A stretch of 39,822 bases of DNA, from assembly GCA_030765585.1 (NCBI GenBank), contig JAVCCJ010000057.1, positions 1 through 39,822 on the forward strand. The letters are read 5' to 3'. The notes under the pieces were generated by a model. That model was not told the origin of the DNA. It saw only the letters and a list, made by a program, of their open reading frames with translations, and did not search any database. Positions 36,770 through 39,822 of the stretch are shown here, in pieces (position 1 is the first letter of the stretch; the number at the start of each line of letters is the position of its first letter). The position numbers and the translations under genes were made by a program. Source of the stretch: Candidatus Zapsychrus exili (GTDB taxonomy: Bacteria; Omnitrophota; Gorgyraeia; Zapsychrales; Zapsychraceae).

Positions 36770-37135
36770 CTAAATTAAACCTGATTTTTCTTCAGCATTT
36801 GGACCCTTTGTTGATTTAAACTCCCCGTTATTAAAACTATCTAAGGCTTCTTTAACAGTTCCTCGAACATCAAGGATAACTTCAATCCCTGCTGATTCTA
36901 AAGTCTGAGATGCATTAGGCCCAACTTTTCCAGTAAGTAGAGTTTTTATTTGTTTTTCAGCCACAAGTTGTCCTGACTGAACACCAACGCCTCCCATACC
37001 ATTCACATTTTGATTTTGAACTGCTTCAAATTGAGAAGTATCAGTATCAACAAAAATAAAATACTGACAACGACCAAAACGCTGATCCACCTTAGAATCT
37101 AAATTATTTCCTTCAGATGTTATACAGATATTCAT
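36770..37135 (-). CDS. NifB/NifX-family cofactor-binding protein
   Basis: RFGRCQYF, GGVGVQ, TGKVGPNA. Confidence 0.9.
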   Translation of the reverse strand: MNICITSEGNNLDSKVDQRFGRCQYFIFVDTDTSQFEAVQNQNVNGMGGVGVQSGQLVAEKQIKTLLTGKVGPNASQTLESAGIEVILDVRGTVKEALDSFNNGEFKSTKGPNAEEKSGLI

Positions 37136-37545
37136 TTTTCACCTCCATCATGTTCGCAAACCTCTTCATTTGGATGATCGCAAACTGTTTTATCCAAACC
37201 ATAGCCTTTGCCACCGCCTGGCTTACAAAAACTTTCTCCACCTTTTAAAGTCCCTTCTTCTAACTTCCTTATAACATCACTTATTTTTCCTTCTATACCA
37301 ACAATAGTTTCCATTCCGTATTCTTGAAAAAATCCGGTAGCGCGCATCCCCATGCCCCCAGTAATGATGCATTGTGCGCCTTTTTCGTTTAAAAATCCTG
37401 GAATAAGTCCTGGCTGATGTCCTGGGTTTTCAATGATATCTTGTTTTATTACTTTTCCATCTTCAATATCAACAATCGTAAAGGATGGACATCTACCAAA
37501 ATGAGCAGATACATAGTCATTGTCTGTTGAAATAGCAACTTTCAA
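37132..37545 (-). CDS. NifB/NifX-family cofactor-binding protein with Cys/His tail
   Basis: SAHFGRCP, NPGH, GGMG; tail CKPG..CDH..CEH; TTG start after GGAGG. Confidence 0.9.
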   Translation of the reverse strand: MKVAISTDNDYVSAHFGRCPSFTIVDIEDGKVIKQDIIENPGHQPGLIPGFLNEKGAQCIITGGMGMRATGFFQEYGMETIVGIEGKISDVIRKLEEGTLKGGESFCKPGGGKGYGLDKTVCDHPNEEVCEHDGGEK

Positions 37546-37567
37546 AATTAACCTCCAAATTTATAAT

Positions 37568-37604
37568 TTGATGGGAGTAGAAATCTAAAACCTACTCCCA
37601 TCAA
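37568..37604. terminator. Intra-operon 13-bp hairpin (attenuator or mRNA-stability element)
   Basis: TTGATGGGAGTAG-11 nt-CTACTCCCATCAA. Confidence 0.5.
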
Positions 37605-37629
37605 TCGTTTTTATTATTCATTTATTTTC

Positions 37630-37959
37630 TTAAGCTACAGAAGAATCATTAGGTTCTAACTCTTTAATCCTAGCGTTAATTATTTTAATCTCATTCTGCA
37701 TTGAAGAAGATTGCGTTTTTAACAACTTTGTTTCTTCTTGCGATGAGAGCGTAGGACTATAAATATTAGAATTTATCCAACGAAACCCCATGCCACACCC
37801 AATACCTCTTCGGAAACCTCTACTGCCACTACCTCTGGCAACGCTCCGACCTGATAAAATATTAGAATAACCTGCCGCTGAAAATCCAGAGCAATATCCT
37901 GCCCTACGACCTGTAATTGAACCCATTCCTATAGGCCCAGTTCTATCTCCACCTGGCAT
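37630..37959 (-). CDS. DUF5320 family protein
   Basis: MPGGDRTGP.GMGSITGR.AGYC, Gly/Arg-rich middle, coiled-coil end; RBS GGAGG. Confidence 0.88.
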   Translation of the reverse strand: MPGGDRTGPIGMGSITGRRAGYCSGFSAAGYSNILSGRSVARGSGSRGFRRGIGCGMGFRWINSNIYSPTLSSQEETKLLKTQSSSMQNEIKIINARIKELEPNDSSVA

Positions 37960-37980
37960 TTCGCACCTCCTTTCCTTAAT

Positions 37981-37999
37981 GTTAATGACAACCATTATC
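37981..37999. promoter_or_regulatory. Fur box upstream of DUF5320
   Basis: GTTAATGACAACCATTATC, 16/19 to consensus GATAATGATAATCATTATC. Confidence 0.75.
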
Positions 38000-38017
38000 A
38001 TTAAATAATAAAAAAAT

Positions 38018-38488
38018 TTATTTTGTACTACATTTTTTGCAAATACCAAAAAACTGAATTAAATGGTCCGTAATGTTAAACTCATACTTTTTAGATAATC
38101 CATCTTCCGTATTTTTTAAGAACTTAACTTCATCTTTCATAAAATCAGAATAATCAATAACCTTATAACACTTTTTGCAAACTAAATGATGATGATGGCC
38201 CTTTCCACTATAATTGTCAGAAAGCTCATATTTAGATCTTCCCTCTCCAAAGTCAAACTTGACGACCATTCCCATATTTACAAGCATTTCTAAATTTCTA
38301 TATACGGTAGTCAATCCAATATTTGGATAAAATTTATGCACAGCCAAATAAATATCTTCGGCGCTTAAATGCTCCTGTGTATTTCCAAGAACATCAAGTA
38401 TCGCTTCTCTCGGCTTTGTCATTCGATAGCCACAACACTTAAATTTTCCGTGCATCCATCGTGGTCCTGCTCCATCCTTGTTTGGCAT
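38018..38488 (-). CDS. fur: Fur-family transcriptional regulator
   Basis: RMTKPR, HLSAED, GLTTVYRNL, HHHHLVCKKC, GICKKC. Confidence 0.93.
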   Translation of the reverse strand: MPNKDGAGPRWMHGKFKCCGYRMTKPREAILDVLGNTQEHLSAEDIYLAVHKFYPNIGLTTVYRNLEMLVNMGMVVKFDFGEGRSKYELSDNYSGKGHHHHLVCKKCYKVIDYSDFMKDEVKFLKNTEDGLSKKYEFNITDHLIQFFGICKKCSTK

Positions 38489-38501
38489 ATTTTCTCCTAT
38501 T

Positions 38502-38520
38502 GATAATGATTGTCATTAAC
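38502..38520. promoter_or_regulatory. Fur box upstream of fur
   Basis: GATAATGATTGTCATTAAC, 16/19 to consensus. Confidence 0.8.
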
Positions 38521-38521
38521 A

Positions 38522-38550
38522 AATATATACTCTAAAATACAATCTGTCAA
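38522..38550 (-). promoter_or_regulatory. Sigma70 promoter of the fur operon
   Basis: Minus strand TTGACA-17 bp-TATATT, immediately followed by the Fur box. Confidence 0.7.
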
Positions 38551-38629
38551 GATATTTGTTTTGGATGCTAAGTTCTATTGTAAATGCCAAGCATTTCATA
38601 TTGTTCTTTGAAGGGGAAAACTGAAGAAT

Positions 38630-39520
38630 TTAAATATCTTTTCCTGTTATCAATTTGAAAGCTGAATGATATTTATCATATGTCTTTTTAACAATTTCAT
38701 CAGGTAAATCTGGACCAGGATAAGTTTTATCCCAATCTAAAATCAACAAATAGTCACGAACATATTGTTTGTCAAAACTTGGCTGAGATTGACCTGGCGC
38801 ATACTGGTCTTTCGGCCAAAAACGAGACGAATCAGGAGTTAATACTTCATCAATTAAAATAATCTTACCCTCAAACCAACCAAATTCAAATTTTGTATCT
38901 GCTATAATGATACCTTTTGTCTCTGCATACTGGGCTGCCTTTTCGTAAATAGCTATACTAGTATCCCTTAAAAAAGATGCTGTTTCTTCTCCAATTTCAT
39001 TTAGCATATAATCGTAAGAGACATTCATGTCATGCCCTTCTTCTTCTTTTGTTGCAGGAGTAAAAATAGTGTTCGGCAATTTATCTGACTCACATAACCC
39101 TTCAGGTAATTTTTCTCCACATACTGTTTGACTTTCTTTATACTCTGCCCACCCAGAACCAGACAAATAACCTCTAACTACACATTCAAACGCTAGGGGT
39201 TGAGCCTTTTTTGTTAGCATACAGCGACCCTTCAATGCCTCTTTAGCCACCAACAATTCTTGAGGAAACTCATCCACGTTCGCTGTAATTAAATGATTAG
39301 GAATTATATCTTTGATAAAATCAAACCAATATTCAGATAACTTTGTTAGAATTGTTCCCTTTTGTGGAATGGCTGTAGGCAAAACAACATCAAAACAAGA
39401 TATTCTATCAGATGCCACCATAAGCAACTTATCTTGATATTCGTAAATTTCACGAACTTTACCTCTTCGAGAAAATTTTAAATTAGGTATATTTTTAATT
39501 TGATCAGCTAAATCTGTCAT
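38630..39520 (-). CDS. purC: SAICAR synthetase
   Basis: GKVREIY, SDRISCFD, ECVVRGYLSGS, ADTKFEFG, DEVLTPDSSRFW, DKQYVRD. Confidence 0.97.
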   Translation of the reverse strand: MTDLADQIKNIPNLKFSRRGKVREIYEYQDKLLMVASDRISCFDVVLPTAIPQKGTILTKLSEYWFDFIKDIIPNHLITANVDEFPQELLVAKEALKGRCMLTKKAQPLAFECVVRGYLSGSGWAEYKESQTVCGEKLPEGLCESDKLPNTIFTPATKEEEGHDMNVSYDYMLNEIGEETASFLRDTSIAIYEKAAQYAETKGIIIADTKFEFGWFEGKIILIDEVLTPDSSRFWPKDQYAPGQSQPSFDKQYVRDYLLILDWDKTYPGPDLPDEIVKKTYDKYHSAFKLITGKDI

Positions 39521-39701
39521 TAAAGACTCCTTTCGTATTTACTTAAGCAATATACAACTTTTTAACAGCATTACAATATCTTTAATCTTTTTTTTATCTA
39601 TCTGTGGGGACGTTCTGGCTATTTACTGGCAGGCCTTTTGCCTTGCTTTTAAGGACACTTCTGCCACAACCCTATTAATTGCAACAATTTATCTAAAAAC
39701 G

Positions 39702-39822
39702 TGTAAGTTCAAGCCTCTAGCGCAACACTTTACCTGTTATAATAACGGGGAAAGGAGTTGCTTATGGCTAAATATACTAGATTAACTTTTATTGAGCGTG
39801 AAGAAATCAGCCGACAATTAGC
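39702..39822 (+). mobile_element. IS30-family insertion sequence, left end (truncated by the window)
   Basis: TGTAAGTTCAAGCCTCTAGCGCAACA resembles the 26-bp IS30 terminal IR (TGTA..TTCAA...CGCAACA); transposase-like ORF follows. Confidence 0.75.
39764..39822 (+). CDS. IS30-family transposase, N-terminus (partial)
   Basis: RBS AAGGAG then MAKYTRLTFIEREEISRQLA, typical of the IS30 N-terminal HTH. Confidence 0.75.
   Translation, partial: MAKYTRLTFIEREEISRQL

Noticed and set aside
36770..37545. Nitrogen fixation cluster
   Set aside because: Only stand-alone NifB/NifX-like domains are present; no nifH/D/K, and the ATPases are COG1149-type rather than NifH.
37960..38049. Longer start of the DUF5320 ORF
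   Set aside because: It overlaps the fur end and a Fur box; the RBS and family motif place the start at 37959.
39600..39700. Purine or ZTP riboswitch upstream of purC
   Set aside because: Slightly GC-richer with a small hairpin, but I could not find the conserved cores of either riboswitch.

Overview
Low-GC bacterial chromosomal window (roughly one third GC by eye), mostly minus-strand, standard genetic code. The gene style suggests an anaerobe, tentatively Omnitrophota-like (inference only). From left to right it holds: (i) M48 peptidase, HD hydrolase, RlmB and a small sugar-nucleotide cluster interrupted by a NYN/PIN RNase gene; that gene faces a promoter-hairpin-U-tract unit that looks like an antisense small RNA. 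(ii) A housekeeping block: greA, ybaB, yggT, mlaDFE, YacP-like nuclease, lipA, def, panD, trxA. (iii) A surface-glycan locus (GT-C-like, GT4, GT9, asnB-type amidotransferase, DUF354, GT2, DegT, Gfo/Idh/MocA) dotted with several families of palindromic repeats and a heptamer array. (iv) A YchF-like ATPase with degenerate motifs and a two-CW protein. (v) A Fur-boxed operon of about 8.4 kb: fur, DUF5320, 2x NifB/NifX, methyltransferase, 2x ferredoxin-insert P-loop ATPase, DUF89, a def pseudogene, MBL hydrolase, DsrE, a biotin synthase fused to an IscU/NifU scaffold domain, and a CoA-binding protein. (vi) purC and the left end of an IS30-family element. The strongest leads are the BioB-IscU fusion, the NYN plus small-RNA cassette, and a 73-nt GC-rich structured element inserted in frame in DsrE. 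No rRNA, tRNA or CRISPR array was seen.
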